A stretch of 64,000 bases of DNA from Lingula anatina (lineage: Eukaryota > Animalia > Brachiopoda), in assembly GCA_051362555.1 (NCBI GenBank), contig CM120643.1, positions 3,596,001 to 3,660,000 on the forward strand, in the 5' to 3' direction. Shown here in pieces: positions 25,909 through 40,283 of this stretch (position 1 is the first letter of the stretch; every line of letters begins with the position of its first letter). The position numbers were made by a program, and so were the translations under genes. The notes under the pieces were generated by a model that was not told where the DNA came from, did not search any database, and saw only the letters and a program-made list of their open reading frames with translations.

Positions 25909-26068
25909 CTGATGATAACGTTTAGATTGCGTTAAGCCGCATCGTGTCTTCTCTAACACAATCCCACAGTCAGTGCTATTATTATGTAAACCAGGTGAGC
26001 ATTTTGGTGAGAGGTATTCAGATAGGACCAAGGTCAGAAGGAAGAGGAAGAAGCTTCACGTGCCACAT
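25909..26068 (-). pseudogene. Possible signal-peptide exon with a 1-nt frameshift
   Basis: MWHVKLL then, one base shifted, LFLLTLVLSEYLSPKCSPGLHNNSTDCG; upstream TTTCAG acceptor; donor uncertain. Confidence 0.25.
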
Positions 26069-27270
26069 TGCCACAATTTCCACACGTAGACTGAAATTTT
26101 GGCACTGAGAACTGATGTAGTTTGTTGTAAGTACTGTATAGATGATATAAGGCAACACTGATCGGTTTATGTTGACGATATTTTATCCAAAAGTATGCAT
26201 TTCCCACTTTAGACGTAATGGCTCTTGCATATATTTTATTGACATGAATGCTGAAATGAGCTTGGAAAGTTTAATAACTTTTTATATTGCTTTTTCCAGA
26301 AGGAAAGTATTTACTCATAAAGAAGTGAGAAGATTATTCCAGCCGTCCAAAGGTCTGAACGCGTTATTCTGTCTTAAACAAAGCAAGAAGACAAAGCAGG
26401 TAACTACTGTAACATTCTCTGCTCCCAATGGGTGCCTTTTTATTTTTTGACAGTGACCTGTACAAATATATCCTATTTATTAAAGCTAACTGACAATAAA
26501 CAAATTATTTTATGGAGAAATAGTCGCGACCAGGAAAGCAAACGTATATTAGCTAGGCATTGTCGACCCCCTTGACTTCATTTTTTCCTGATTGCAATTT
26601 CGATTACATACCGTCTTTGATATTATAATCAGAAATAAATTGTTTGCATAAAGTATTTGATTTTAAAAAAAGATGAGCTAAAGTGCCAGCATTCGGATTA
26701 CGAATTTATTTAAGTATGGATGTATTGGTATAAAGTAATTGGTAAAATCATTCTGAAGATAATAAGCACGTGTAGCAATGAAATCCTGAATTTATATCAC
26801 TCTACCCACAAAATACGCAAAATAATGTTTAACTAAGAAAGTAAAAAACCTATCAAGATTATTATTAATATTTTGTATTTCACTTTGTCAATTCCTTAGA
26901 TATTATTATGGATTTAGTTTAATTTGTTTCATTTTTCATTTAATTTCAGTGCCTCTTACAACCGTCTACGATGAGATTGGACGCACTCCCAGCAAAGACA
27001 TCAGATTCGTGTTCGCCAGCACCCACACCCATGTCAACGTTGTCTTGCGTGTCGAAATTTGTCGTATAGTCAACTTGCAGGGTTGACATATGATTTGGTT
27101 TGAAATGTAATATTTGCTTTGGTTTGTAATATTCTGCATCAAAACGTGTATTAAATGAAGTGCAGCGTATAACGAGTGTTTTATTCATGAAACTTCTGAT
27201 AAAATGGACTAAATCCAAGCGTCAAATCTGCACGTCACTGGTATATCATAATACATGTGTAAATAAGTTG

Positions 27271-27470
27271 TAGTACAGCACTCTATCCGCACACGATGTT
27301 TTTATCACAATTTAAATTTTTTTGTTCATACCCACCAGTTCTCGAACCTGAAACGACACTTTTTAAGTTATCCTAAAACAAAAAAGTGCCTTGCTTAAGT
27401 GATCTATGAAAATAAAATAAATGGTTTTAAATTTATTATTAAGTGATGTGCAGGTAGAGCGCTGTGCTAG
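27271..27470. mobile_element. Degenerate MITE-like inverted repeat
   Basis: TAGTACAGCACTCTATCCGCAC versus GTGCAGGTAGAGCGCTGTGCTA, an imperfect inverse. Confidence 0.45.
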
Positions 27471-29409
27471 TACGACCGGTTCAATGTTTGATTGTAAAAT
27501 TATATGTGTGGGCAAATATGTAATAAGACGCTTTGTTATGCACTCGAAAATACATTTTTATTCATATTAAATTGGATATGGATACAAATATTGATTTTAA
27601 TGAAGTTAACTTTAAAAAAATACGTAGAGTCGTGCGTAAAATGGATACGAGAATCTTTTCCTGGAAGAATCTTTTACAAGAATCTTTTATTGGAAGAAAT
27701 GACCGAGATATAAAACAACAATAAGCTGTTAACGCTGTAATCCAAATTATGACATTTATGAATTATCGGAAGTATGAAATTGTAAAATGTGCTCATAGTC
27801 AAGTTATTACAGAATTGCCTACACGTATTAAAACAGGCCTTTCTAAGAAGGAAAATTCCTTTTTAAGAAGGAAAATTGGCTTTTTGCCTTCGTTACAAAG
27901 CGGAATTGTTAAGAGAAACAAAGTGTTTTATTTTGGCATCCTTTGACAATTAAAGTGTACATGCAGGACTGGCATTTATCGCATCCTTTTACAACTTGAA
28001 AAATCCTTATCATATTCTTATCGTTAACCACAGTTGTCGCAAAGCTTTTTTTGGGGGGGGGGAGGGGGTATCGGTATTTCCTAGTAATTGGACGAACTTT
28101 TGTAGACTGTCAACTTTTGCCAATCCTCTAAAAACAAAGTAAAATCTTTATTGAATTAACATAAAATCTGCATACGTATCTGTTTTTATATTTGGTACAT
28201 GGTGTATGATTTGGCCAGTTTACTGATTTATTGTTTAAAACCCTTTGTTTTGTGGAATTTGTCTAATCAAATGTGAAAAATCAAAATTTCATCAGAAAGA
28301 AGACACTTTGATTGGTAAGGCTAAAAGTTTAATAAAAAAAATAAGAAGTTCAGTGTTTTATTTAATGCTGATCTTGTACTTGGTACTTTCTTTATTCTAT
28401 ATTTCGGTCGGGATCAAGGAGTGATTGAGAACAAAAGGCCTGATTAGGTGTCAGTCCTGCACGTGCTGTTGGGTTATTTTTGCTGAGTGTTTCTGAATCA
28501 CTGAGCACAAGTGACCGTAGAGTTATTTTAAGTAAACTTGTTTTTGCACAACCTTTTTAATTTTGTTTACATACTGTTCTCAAAGTGACTATGACTGGGA
28601 TAAGGTTGTAAACTGACCATGTCTTCATGCTGTTCTTGATTCGCACGACGCATAAATTTAAGTGTTCACTCAAAAATGTGCCACCAAAATCCTATTTTAA
28701 GATTTAAAGAGAAGAAAAATGACGCAAAATATAAGGTACATATCCTTTTATCTATAAGAAAAGCACTCATCAAATTTGCAGAATTGAATAATGTTTGACT
28801 GCTGTTTGGTGTTGTGCGCGATCATCAGCATGGCGACATAGAGTAAGTTGTGGTGTCATGAGTGTGTACCCGCGTGTGGGGAGAACGCTTACATGAGATC
28901 GTATGCATTTTGAATTTTCTATACTGTTGCCACCCTTGAATTTGGATAAAAAATGTCCCTAGAGAAATTTTGGATCAGTCACAAGAAAAATACATCAAAT
29001 TCAACTTTGAACGATGGCTGTAAAATACATCGTCAAATCTTCAACTTTCTCTTATAACTCTGGGTAAAAACCTGAGAATTTCATGTTCTGGTCAGTATTA
29101 TGTCGTCTTGTATGCAGTGTTCTTGAGCACTTTTTTAAAACCAAAATGATTGATCTTGAGCGACAATTTTCAAAATGCATAGAATCTCCCACACATTTAG
29201 TTGTAGATAGTTGTATTTAAGATTAATTTATATCTCAAATTGCGCAGTCGTTATGAAAATTACTTTTTATGTAGAGCCAAAACGTAATGTTTGGATTTTG
29301 CATACATCTGTATGGTGTAGTTGTTTGTATTTGTTATAATAAACGTACATAAAAGTTGTAATAGATGATGTGCAAAATGTCACATGTTTATTCTTGACTT
29401 TCTTTTCTT

Positions 29410-29794
29410 CAGCTCGACTTGAACCTTAGGTTTTCAACTCCTAGCTCACCCTTTTCTACTTCCTAGTCTGTCGCCTCACCTACTGAGCCACTGTCTGTTC
29501 GCGTTTTTCCTCATTCGTATGATCCTCTTATAGTAGTTTGAATTGTTTATTTGGGTTTATTTTTGCAAAAGGTAATTTGCTGGGACCTAGAAGCGCCAGG
29601 AATCGAACTGGGGACCTTCTGTCTCAGAGGCAAGCGCGTTACCTACTCCTCTAACTGTTCCCACCCACCCTCCTCGTGTAGACTTTTTTCTTATAGTAAG
29701 CAAATAAAATTTCTAATAGCACCCCTTTGTAATTCCAAAGTGCCCGAGCCAGGAATCGAACCCCAACCCCAGGCTTTCACTGAGCCATGTAGCC
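29410..29794 (-). mobile_element. Three tandem tRNA-derived Pol III modules (SINE-head-like)
   Basis: Minus-strand A/B box pairs TGGCTCAGTG..GGTTCGATTCC, TAGAGGAGTAGG..GTTCGATTCC, TGGCTCAGTAGG..GGTTCAAGTC; cloverleaf incomplete. Confidence 0.6.
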
Positions 29795-32700
29795 ATCAGT
29801 AAAAACACTAAGACATTTTGTATGTTCAATAAGTGTTTTATTAAGAGCAATACAAATTGCTTTTATGTATTCAAATATTTATAAAACATATATCTGTAAA
29901 ATATCATCGTCTTCAGTCTTTTTATTACTACAAGTTAAAAAGCGTTTAGTATCTAAAAGAATATTATGATATTATAGTATAATATTATGATGCCTGAATT
30001 TAAATTCACTTGCAGGTGTAAAAAATATAACATTCTTATATATTCGACTTGACAAATAAACTATTTACCACACTAATGGTCTTATGTTTGTTCTTAATGA
30101 CAAAAACAAAATATTTCAACTTCTTCAATTAAAAAAAAAATAAAATAAAATAAAATAAAAAAGGTGGATCTAGTCTCCGCCCTCCCCGAGGAGAGAGACC
30201 CATTCTGGACTCACATGATCAAGTCCTCAAAATACTCCATCTCGCTCCAAATGTCAACATCTGACCCCTTTAAAATGTCCTGGATCCGCCATTGTTTTTT
30301 TTTCTATATAATGACAATTATGAGATTTTTATTAAATGCTCTGTTTAAAATTGCACGCTTTTTTCAGTCAAACACTTATTGTTGGGAGCAAAAAACGGAT
30401 ACGCACTTTCGTTATGTTTGGCAAAAAAAGTGTCAAAAGTCCTACATAAAAAAAAATATATATATATATACAACGTTTATACTAACAGCTATTGACAAAC
30501 TGGAAAGACTAATGAACATTAGATAGTAAAGTGAATATGAAATTAAAAAAATCCTTGCAAAAACTACTTAGAGAACAAACTACATGTTCACTTATGAAAT
30601 TTGGGCTAAAATCCAATGGGCAGATCACGATATTTCTCATATTTCCTATAGTCTACTACATCCATTTTCAATTAGAAAACAAACTACATTTACATGAAAT
30701 CAGGCTTAAAATCCAAGGGACAGATAACGATTTTTCTCATATTTCCTACATCTATTTTCAATTCGAAAAAAAACCTTCTGAACATAAATTCGAATAAATT
30801 CGAATATACATCAATAATTTCTGCATCATCTGGTCGATAGAATGATGCTGTTAAGACAGAATTGCCGAAAACAGTTAAATTTGGAAAATAAAGCAATTTT
30901 CATTCCCATAAATGTATTTGTTCAACAGATTAATGGCAGAAAACATATATTTCAGGATAAAACGTGTACATATTTTACATTGTAAGAACTACGTTCAGAG
31001 ATAAGTAAAACACGAAAATAGTGTCTTTTCCATCATATGAATGGTATTTACATGTACGAAATCAGCTTTTCAAGAAGGGATTTTTCTCAAATAGAAATGA
31101 AATTTCTTAATTCTACATACTTCACCTGAGAAATAAAATAATCGATCTTGATTCGTAAAATGGCATCTCTTACTCAACAAGACAGCAAATACTCAAATTT
31201 CAAGAGACGATAATCCTTTTTTTCCTTCTGAATATTGAAAGAAAGACACACAATGAGCGTAAGTCGTCTCATTTTTTATTTCAGTACATTTAGAGAATGA
31301 GACTGAAGTTTACTAAAAACAGAAATGAAGAATTCGACACCGGACTTGTAGAATTTATAAATGGATTTGATAATGTGTTCATTGGTGATTTAGGTGAAAT
31401 TGCTGAATATTACATAAAATTTGTGTATTTTAGCGTACTTTATTCTCATCCAAACTAGAAAGTCACCCCCTGCTGTCTTGCTGAAGAATACCACAAATAG
31501 TACCATTTCGCAAATGTCACGTGTGACAAACTTAACACTACGATAGTATACAACATACTTCAATACAATAAAGCAATTTTTCAACTGATGACCATGTTTT
31601 CTGATATATCATTACGTTTTAAATATGTTACATATAATTAGCAAATCACCTCAAATTCCTGATGCTATATTGATAAAAAAAACGTAAAAGATTCCTGTGG
31701 ACAAAGCGTTTTCAAACCCGTTCAGAACAGCATTTCGGGTCATCAGTTCGCCCCCTATGTATTGAATGGTTGATCTTATAACATGTCACGCAGAAATCAA
31801 TACAACTACAATTTAGCTCACACATTTTATTGAAATGAAATGTTAAATCTTTTAAAATTTACGAATCTTGCCAATATTCGAAATGGAAGTGTATTACTAT
31901 ATCCCCTTAATACTTGAATTATGTTCTTTACTTAGGAAATGGACGTTTGTTACTTTACCTATATATGACATATTCTATAATTCCACTACCAAGCCCTCAC
32001 TAAATATCAACATGTCAATAGCCAGACCCTCACAAGTCATTTCACAGCATTTTCCCCTCCTTGGTCATTTCTTGCGGTAAACTTCCACTGCCACTACTAT
32101 TTCTACCGACGAAGTTCAAAATACTGAACATGAAGTGCAACTGCATTTTCCTTTGTTTTATGAGACGTGATAAGATACAGTGAAAGAGGAAATAAATGGT
32201 ACGTGGGGAAAATGTTGAGAAATGGTCAAAAACACTCTTAAGCAAACGGGTGTCAAAAAACTTTTCAAAAATAAATCACTTTTAACTTAATACCTGACAT
32301 TGAGTTCTTAAGTATACTTAATATCTAAGCCGCCTTCGCTCCACTTCCTGATCACTCAGCACTGAGGCAGTGACGTCTCCTTCCAGGCTGTCCATCCCAT
32401 TACATTCATGGTAGGGGGGGTGACAGGCTGAAGTGACCGCCTTTCCTTTTCAACTCTCACCAATATTTTACGGATGGAACTTTATTTGTACTTTACAACA
32501 AATTAAAATTACATTGGACGAGTTTGTGATCAGTATATTTCAAAAATGCCATGCAAAAATTAACTTCAGATCCTTATCAACCCCAAATTGAAATGACATT
32601 ATGTAGGTCACTGGCTTTCTTTATATGACTCAATAAGGTTCACTGATTTGAATATCTGAGCAGTTTTTGCTATGTTTGACCAACTAAACCTTACGATAGA

Positions 32701-33966
32701 GACTGCGGTGTTTTGATTCTGATGTTGTCTCAACCATGATTGTGACGGACTCCACAAAATACCACCCCATTGTGTTAGTGAAGACGTAACGCGAGGCGGG
32801 GAGGGGGGATAAAAAGTTCAAAAAGAAATTAACTAATAAGCCATTGGAAATGACAATATGACATTTTAGTTTAAATTAGATGTCGAAAAACCACTCAGTA
32901 GAGAAAATCAGATTAAAAGGAAATATGTTGAAATAAAACGGCAAAAATATTATGGGGGGAGGGTATGATGATGGTATAAAAGGTTTGGGAGAGTCGGGAG
33001 AAATTGAGTTTTGAGTGCGTTCGGGTGTTTACCAGTGTCCTTTAACTTGAACACAACAGGTTATAGAAACTTTTACAACTTTTGTCTCTAAATGTTGCCC
33101 CAATGAATAAAATTGAAGCTTACATCTATCATGTCTTGAAATTGAAATTTCTAAAAATTAAAAGAGAAAGAAATTATTGGCATTTTTCACTGAAATTAGC
33201 GTTTTTTCACACAACGAACACGACGCAACGTAATGGCGTGTGAAAAAAACGACGTAAAATCCCTACGCCGTGTCGACAGAATTTACAAGAAGTCAAAGTT
33301 TGCTATTTTTGAACTACACAAACTGTCGGCGATTATCACATTAAAATAAGTCACAGCAAATGTTATCACATCAAGTATGTTTGCAGACTTGCACGAAATA
33401 TTGTACATTTTCATAACTAGGGCCCATTTGCGAGATTATTCAGAATACATCAGAAAACATAAAACAGAAATACCAATGAATGCGATTTGTGCTTTTGCAG
33501 AACTGTCCCCATAGGCAATGGGCTAAACAAGAGTAGTACAGATTGCGGATTGAAGGACAGAATGATAATTTTTTAAATTAGAAAATGAATTTTTTTCGAA
33601 ATGAGATATTTGGGACTTCACAAAGAAATCTCAACAATATTGCAAAAATGTACCAGTAAGTTGGGCTTACGACGTGAGTGTCACCTCTATCTGAGTTGTG
33701 CAATAAGCTGAATCCCCGACGAGAGCCACACAATGGAGACTGAAATACTGGAGCTCAAATATTAACTTATTTTAATTATTGATTGAAACAGGCTGTTAGT
33801 ATGACCAAGTTGTAAAACAGCCGATGAAATTCTTGGAACATTGAAAGACTTGAATTGGAATATAATAAAGTTCTAAATTGCCGGTTTTATTTTTCTATAT
33901 CATTTTGTATAGTCAAACTATTTTCTTAGCAAACTGCTAATAACACATTTCTAACCGAGGCGTTAC

Positions 33967-33984
33967 TTTCCAAAATAATTTTTT

Positions 33985-34029
<45 letters not shown>
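33967..34029. repeat. (TG)n microsatellite
   Basis: Directly visible. Confidence 0.98.
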
Positions 34030-34030
<1 letters not shown>

Positions 34031-36689
34031 GGGGTGGGGGACGTAGGGCATGCGTGGGAATCTTCCTCTCTGGCAATTGTCAACGATGAAAGGTATGTAA
34101 TTGTCCGGGAGAATAGAGGGAGTTGAGTTACAACAGTGTTAATGCTACAGTATTTGACCTCAGAGTCTATCTCAACATGATTGTGACGGTGTCCATGAAT
34201 TTCATCATATTGTGCTAGTGAAGACAGCGATAAATGACAGAGGACTCTGATATGATCATTTTCATGTAATTTCTCCGAAGTATCATAATAAATTTTTTTA
34301 AATACTCAAAACTTTTTATACTGAATGCACATATTTCAAGAGTGTCCAAATGTCATGAATTTCATTTATATGAAAAAAGAGTACCATGTAACAGTGGTAA
34401 CCGTACTTGAGGCCCTGCAGGCGATACATTTTTTTCTCTAGGAATTCACGTCGAGACGTTGTCTAGGATCGAGAAGCCGAAACAAGTGAAGCTAATTATT
34501 TGTAAATTATAATAAATTATAATTAATTATAATTATAATAAATTATAAATAATTATGATAGATTTTTACGGATATTCACAGATATGTCTCTAGCTAGATA
34601 GATTGTCATTTTAAGCTCAAGTCATGGCAGTGGCATGGCAAATTTCAGTATGATACAGTAAGTCACGGGGTTTTTCCTTTTATTGCGTTAACAAATCTTA
34701 CATTACAATATAGGCCTATAACAGAAAAGTAAAAAAAAAAGCAGGATAATTTAAGGAAAAAAGACCCACTATATCTGCCATTTTAGCGTGAATTACTCCA
34801 GTAAGTTTGAGTATAACAACAAAAAAAAAAAAGCCACACGACTATCAATTTATTGCTATAACAGTGAAATATGCAGGGCGACGACGACAGACGCAGGCGA
34901 TAGCTTTACTTGTACAGCTATATCCACACATACATGTATACAAAGCATGCGACTTTTGGTAGGCCCCAGTTAAATAAAGTTTTTATAACCGACTTAGTCC
35001 TTAGTACTTTTATTTGCAGTAACATTTACTTCTGTTGGAGGATATCTTCTTTTTGTCTTATCGCTGATAGAAAAATAATTGTCTTACTTGAAAGCTTAAG
35101 TCAAATATTGAAAGATCCCACAACATGAGATCTTTTGTAATTGCCCTTGTTTTTTTCCCTTTCTTTTAATATAAAATTTGAAATTTTCCTTGGTGGGATG
35201 GTGTACGTTACATTTAGTTCAATTTTGCTAAGAGGGTATATCAGGAAACTTAATGAACTTTGTAGATTTACAGTGTATGATTGATATGTTTATATTTAGT
35301 ACAGTGATGAATCAACTGATGATTGATGGACAGGTGAGTCAGAAGACCACGTGAGAACAGACTGTGCGTGCGGTGCGATTTAAACGGAGGAATATGTAGT
35401 CTGTGACTGCATACATACGACTGAGTGCCCAGATCAGTTTCGTTCAATACACTTTACAACTTTGAAGAACGTTTTCGCTAGTCCTCGAATTTACATTCTA
35501 ATGTTTACTACTTGATAAAACTACATTTTGAATTGAAAGACACTGTGCAATGTATAAAAGAGCATATTTGGAGTATTTTCTATAAATGACGACAAAATCT
35601 TTGCCAGTAGAGCACGTGACATGTTGTTTGTAGCAGTAGATTTGCTAACTTCTACAGTTTTCAGATATATAAATATAAATTGTACATAATTGTAAACAGA
35701 AAATAAACGGCGTTCACGTTTTTGGGTTACGTTTATACTGGGACACCCTGTATTTCAATTTGTATCAACCGAAAACAATTTTAACTTCGGGTTCTGCGAG
35801 ATAAGAGAGTAAAAAATCTTCCTTTTAATGGAAAGGGAATTGACTAAAAAAAGAGTGTCCCTGCAAACACGTGTAGATTGTAACTGTGGCATTTCGTCTG
35901 ACATAAACATACAAATGTGGATTTTTTGTTATATTAATTTCAATAAATGAGAATTATTTTGTTTTCTACTAGAATATTTTTGTGTCCTACCTATATGTAT
36001 CACTACATATTTAAGATACTGTATCCAAACACCCCGTTAACCCCGGCCTTAAAGAGACAAATTCCATTCCTGTGCAAAACAGCGCGATGATTTAAGTACT
36101 TAAATATTATGTATGTATGTGTATGAAAGAGCATGTATGGAAGATCATAGAACAAATCATTTATTATACCAAAAGTTATAGAATAGGCCTATTCACATTC
36201 CCCAAGACACCCTCAGAATTTTTATATGATTTATCTTATGTTCTAATTATTGAATTCCTATTTTATGTTATTGAACTATTTTAAAGAGCAGATTGATTTC
36301 ATAATTTATTCAGTTAAATCTTCTTTTTGTTGTTAGTGGATAATGTCATAATGTGTTTTAGTTACTTTTATCACTCTTCTATAGTGCATGTAAAATCTAA
36401 CTTATATTTGCAAGAATATATATCATAATTATAACATTATGCTGGCCTGTGAGTGGCCAATCTTGTCTGTTGTCGGTGCCATGTTATATGTGAGCTTAGA
36501 TACGTATTTTGTTTTATATGTCTTAAATAAATTTATTTTGAAGTCACAACCACTTTGTGTGAAATTATCAAGAATTGCTAACTGCACATATTAATTAAGG
36601 GATTCGAGAAAAGGTCAGCGAAAGGACGACAAATTGAAAAAATATTTGAACGCGCTAGGTAGCTGGATGTGACGTGGTCGCAGGTAGTA

Positions 36690-37234
36690 CCCCCCCCCCC
36701 CCCCCCCCCAGGGACAATCCTCCACGTTGGGGTATTACCCCCTGGACAACCGACCCCGGACAATTCCCCCTGTAATTAATATAAAACTGAGAATAAACAA
36801 TGTGACACTGAGAAAAATTATAAATGCCTGCCTTAGATCAAAATATTCACCAGGTAGAGATAGGGATAACAGATAATCTCATTTATCCAGGAATCCCTTT
36901 AATGAACTTCCTGTCACTTTTGTTGTTTTAACCTCCCCCCTCCCCCCGTTAATCATGTTGTTAGCCTTAATGAAGGCACATCCCCAGGTAGAAGTGGGGT
37001 AAACAGATAATCTCATTTATCCAGGAATCCCTTTGATCAGTTTTAATTGTTTCTTCACTATCCCCTAAAATCTCCACTGACAAATTATTTTTTAAAGGAC
37101 GTCTTTTCCAAGTAAAAGAGACATTTTTTGTCAATCAATAATGCCTTTACAAAATTACTTTGTACCAGAGCCAGCTGAGTGATGACATCAATTTGATATA
37201 CTTTCTAGCATAGGCCAGCTAAGAGAATATTAAA

Positions 37235-37265
<31 letters not shown>

Positions 37266-37402
37266 ATAAAACTTTTCAGAAAAAAACAGAGAATAACTTT
37301 GAATGTTGGGATGTGTTCATTAACCATTAGTAAGACTTGAAAAATTGTTGTTTACCCCAGTAAATTCATTTTTTGGCCAAAATGAACAGTTATTATCCCT
37401 CT
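36690..37402 (-). mobile_element. Partial inverted copy of the composite element at 49529-51104
   Basis: C-rich GGACAA repeats, two CAGATAATCTCATTTATCCAGG units and a Kolobok-like end, in reverse order to 49.5-51.1 kb. Confidence 0.6.
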
Positions 37403-37587
37403 AAGTTTTTAAAAGAACCCGTGCCCTTAATTATAGCCAGAGCAGATGCTTGAGAAAAGGTAGCATGATATAAAAAATACAGGTTTTCGCTGTTCACGTG
37501 AAAATTGCGTTGAAAGGGGTGTTTATTCTCTAGTATGAGGTTCCGCTTTTTATGTCAATTTTTCCTCTTGGCCTGAGATGCCGTTTT

Positions 37588-37597
37588 CCGCCATTTT
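37588..37597 (+). promoter_or_regulatory. YY1-type motif CCGCCATTTT in a CpG-enriched promoter/5' UTR
   Basis: Consensus match ~110 bp upstream of the FASTK-like ATG. Confidence 0.5.
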
Positions 37598-37705
37598 ATG
37601 ACCTGACCTACCGTTTCTACAAATGCGAGCTTGCCTCAACTGCCTCGTGGTCGAGGTGGAGGCCATAGACGTGTTCAGTACTGGGAACATTTTAATCATG
37701 TAATC

Positions 37706-39659
37706 ATGTTTTATTCGGCACTGAGATATGTCTACCGAAGTTGTAGTCGACACAGTTTTGTTGGTAGAATAACTCAGTGTTTGGCACAACCCTCACAATG
37801 CCATCAATCGCTGCGATTTACATGTGCCGTCTCTCAACTCCGAAGGCGAAGCCCTCACATGATGTGGGGTTGGACGATGGGGAGACTTACCACTGGGACT
37901 GAGCTTTCATACTCTACAAAAACAATCAATGAATATGACGCCATTAAGATGAAAGATGAATATGACGCCATCATCAGAGACACAAAAATGCATTTTGAAA
38001 GAATCGCGAAGAGGTTCCTCATTCAAGATGGAAGGAACGAAGGGGAGATTATTAGTGATTACGAGAACGGAGCTCGTGAAGCTGAAAAGGGCCTTGACGG
38101 AGTTCTACTGTATATATATGCTGTTAGTCTTAAATGTTTGAGGGATTTGCCAAGATATCAAAACACTCATCTTCTACAAGATGACAGGTTATCATCAGCC
38201 CTGCTAACCATCCTCAACAAAGGTTTGATGGAGGGAAGTGTTCCACGTCAGTTAATCGGATTGTTGGTAGTTGGGGTTTTAATTCAGCCATCTCCAGAAA
38301 TCCTTCAGTTTTATAAGGAACTGGAGAGACACATGTTACAGGTATGGTCCGAATGGCATATTAGGTCTAGGTTAGAGGCCTGTCACGGCTGGTTACATCT
38401 GTCTTTACTACACAAGCAGAAGTACTTTGAAGAGCAGATAAGGATTTTCTTGATGGCTGGGACAAAGCTAGAGAGGAAAGAACCTGGAGGCAAAGAAATT
38501 CACTGGCTTGTTAGTGTTCTAAAATCTGCAACACACTATTCTGGTGCACTGGAAGGAAAATGGGTAGATGAAAATGATGTAAGACATTTTTTACAGGAGC
38601 TGAAATTTGACAGTGAATTCTCTGAGCCGAGAGAAGTGGACAGATATGTCAGCCTCTGTAGCAATGTTGAATATTTGGTGCCCTCTGACATTTTATGGAA
38701 GGGGTTGGAGATTCTGCTTTGTGATGGAACTGAAGATTACAAAATACGTGCATTTCTGTGCATTAAGTGGATGTTGGGCTTAGCCCAAAAGCAGAAGTTG
38801 AATAAAGGTTTCATGGATGTACAATATGTTACAGAACTTGCTGAGATATTTAAGAAGCACGCATCTTTGTTGCCATTGAGACATCAAATTGGTATTACAT
38901 GGGAATTTAGTGTAATGAATTATTCTGATCATGAAATGCTGTTGAAAGTTGTTGAGAACTTTGTGGCTAATGCACAAGATATCGATGGGGAGGATGGTTA
39001 TAGATTAGTTCAAGCTTACCTACTAATGGATTGCAATACAAATATTGCTTTTTTAAAAAAAGTAGTTGATTTAGTGCAAAACCAAGGGAGAAATATCCCC
39101 CGTTTCAAATTGCTTTCCATTACTTGTGATTTGATGCGCCATCATGGCTATTATGAAGTCTTCAGTGGAATACTTGATAGCTGTTTCCAGTCTGGTCTGA
39201 TGAAGGAGGAATCATTAAATGTCATGAAGACAAAAGGGTATGCATGTTTAAGGATTGTGGAGTTGTGTGGAAGATTAGAAATAGAGCAAATTGACAAGTA
39301 TGTTAAGAAGATTCCACCAAGTCTTTACAAAGCAGATGGTATTCAATACTTTGCAGAGAAATTGAAAAATAAATGTCAGCATTCCTCAACGCAGGCTGTT
39401 TCAGCAGCTGTACGGAGGATTCTTGGTGGTCCCCACATGGCAAGAGTCACACCAGTACTTCCCATATATCGTCCTATTGTGGAGTTCTGTTTGAATGAAT
39501 TGAATGAGCCTGTAGACATGAAGCTGGTGCCCAGGGTCTTTGATGAAAATGGATTCCTCAAAATGGAAAATATGTCTGCCTTGCCAGAAAGATGGAGAAG
39601 AATAGCAGTGTGGATTCTTCATGATGAAGATTTCTTAATCAACAAGCCAATGTTAACTG
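37706..39659 (+). CDS. FAST kinase domain (FASTK/RAP) family mitochondrial RNA-binding protein, exon 1
   Basis: 651 open codons; N-terminus Arg/Ser-rich and acid-poor like a mitochondrial presequence; helical body; C-terminal EFCLNE..P....RRIAVWILH..DFLIN...LTG begins a RAP domain; donor G|GTGAGT. Confidence 0.85.
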
Positions 39660-40231
39660 GTGAGTTAAAAATGTGGTTGTTGTATGTAGAGATAGCTTTA
39701 GTAAGCCCACCCTGCTGCCATGAGCAGCTTTGGGTTATGACTAACACAAGCTTGACTTCAGTGTATTGAGCCTATTTCTTCTATATACTTGCTGGTTACC
39801 CACTGAGGGCCAGCTTATATAGCCATAACAACAATGGGGTACTGGGAATAACAATAGGGTACAAAGGACAACAATGATGTATCAGTAGAGAGTAATGTAG
39901 ACAACTGACGCTTGTATAGTACACTTCTCATATAAATCCAACATTTGTAAGTAGCAAGCTTTGCACCTGCCTTGTTGATTTCAATAAGTATTTATCAGTA
40001 ATACCTAAAGATGTTATTTGACTGTGGCTATGTAACTTTTTTTTTCTTTTTTCTTTTTTTTTTTTTTTTTGGGGGGGGGGGGGGATTTGAGTACTTTCTC
40101 TCTGTATGTACATGTCAAATAAGTACTAAACTCTTCCTCACTGAATCACAGCATGTAACTGTGGTATATATTTCCCAGGTAACAGTGTATTATCTCACAC
40201 CTTAACAGAGGCCTTCTAAATTTAAATGTGT

Positions 40232-40233
<2 letters not shown>

Positions 40234-40280
<47 letters not shown>
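40234..40280. repeat. (TA)n microsatellite in intron 1
   Basis: Directly visible. Confidence 0.95.

Positions 40281-40283
<3 letters not shown>

Noticed and set aside
27957-29193. Weak inverted-repeat pairs at 27957/28466 and 28874/29193
   Set aside because: Short and imperfect with no TSD; probably old MITEs but not supportable as features
29588-29661. Functional tRNA gene
   Set aside because: A and B boxes and a T-arm are present, but the acceptor and anticodon stems do not pair
37550-37789. Divergent minus-strand gene starting at AAAATGGCGG (MAENGISGQEEKLT)
   Set aside because: Stops after 14 codons with no donor; better explained as the YY1 motif of the plus-strand gene
39660-39769. 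C-terminal 36 codons of the 712-aa ORF
   Set aside because: Read-through into intron 1; the RAP motif continues in the 40425 exon instead
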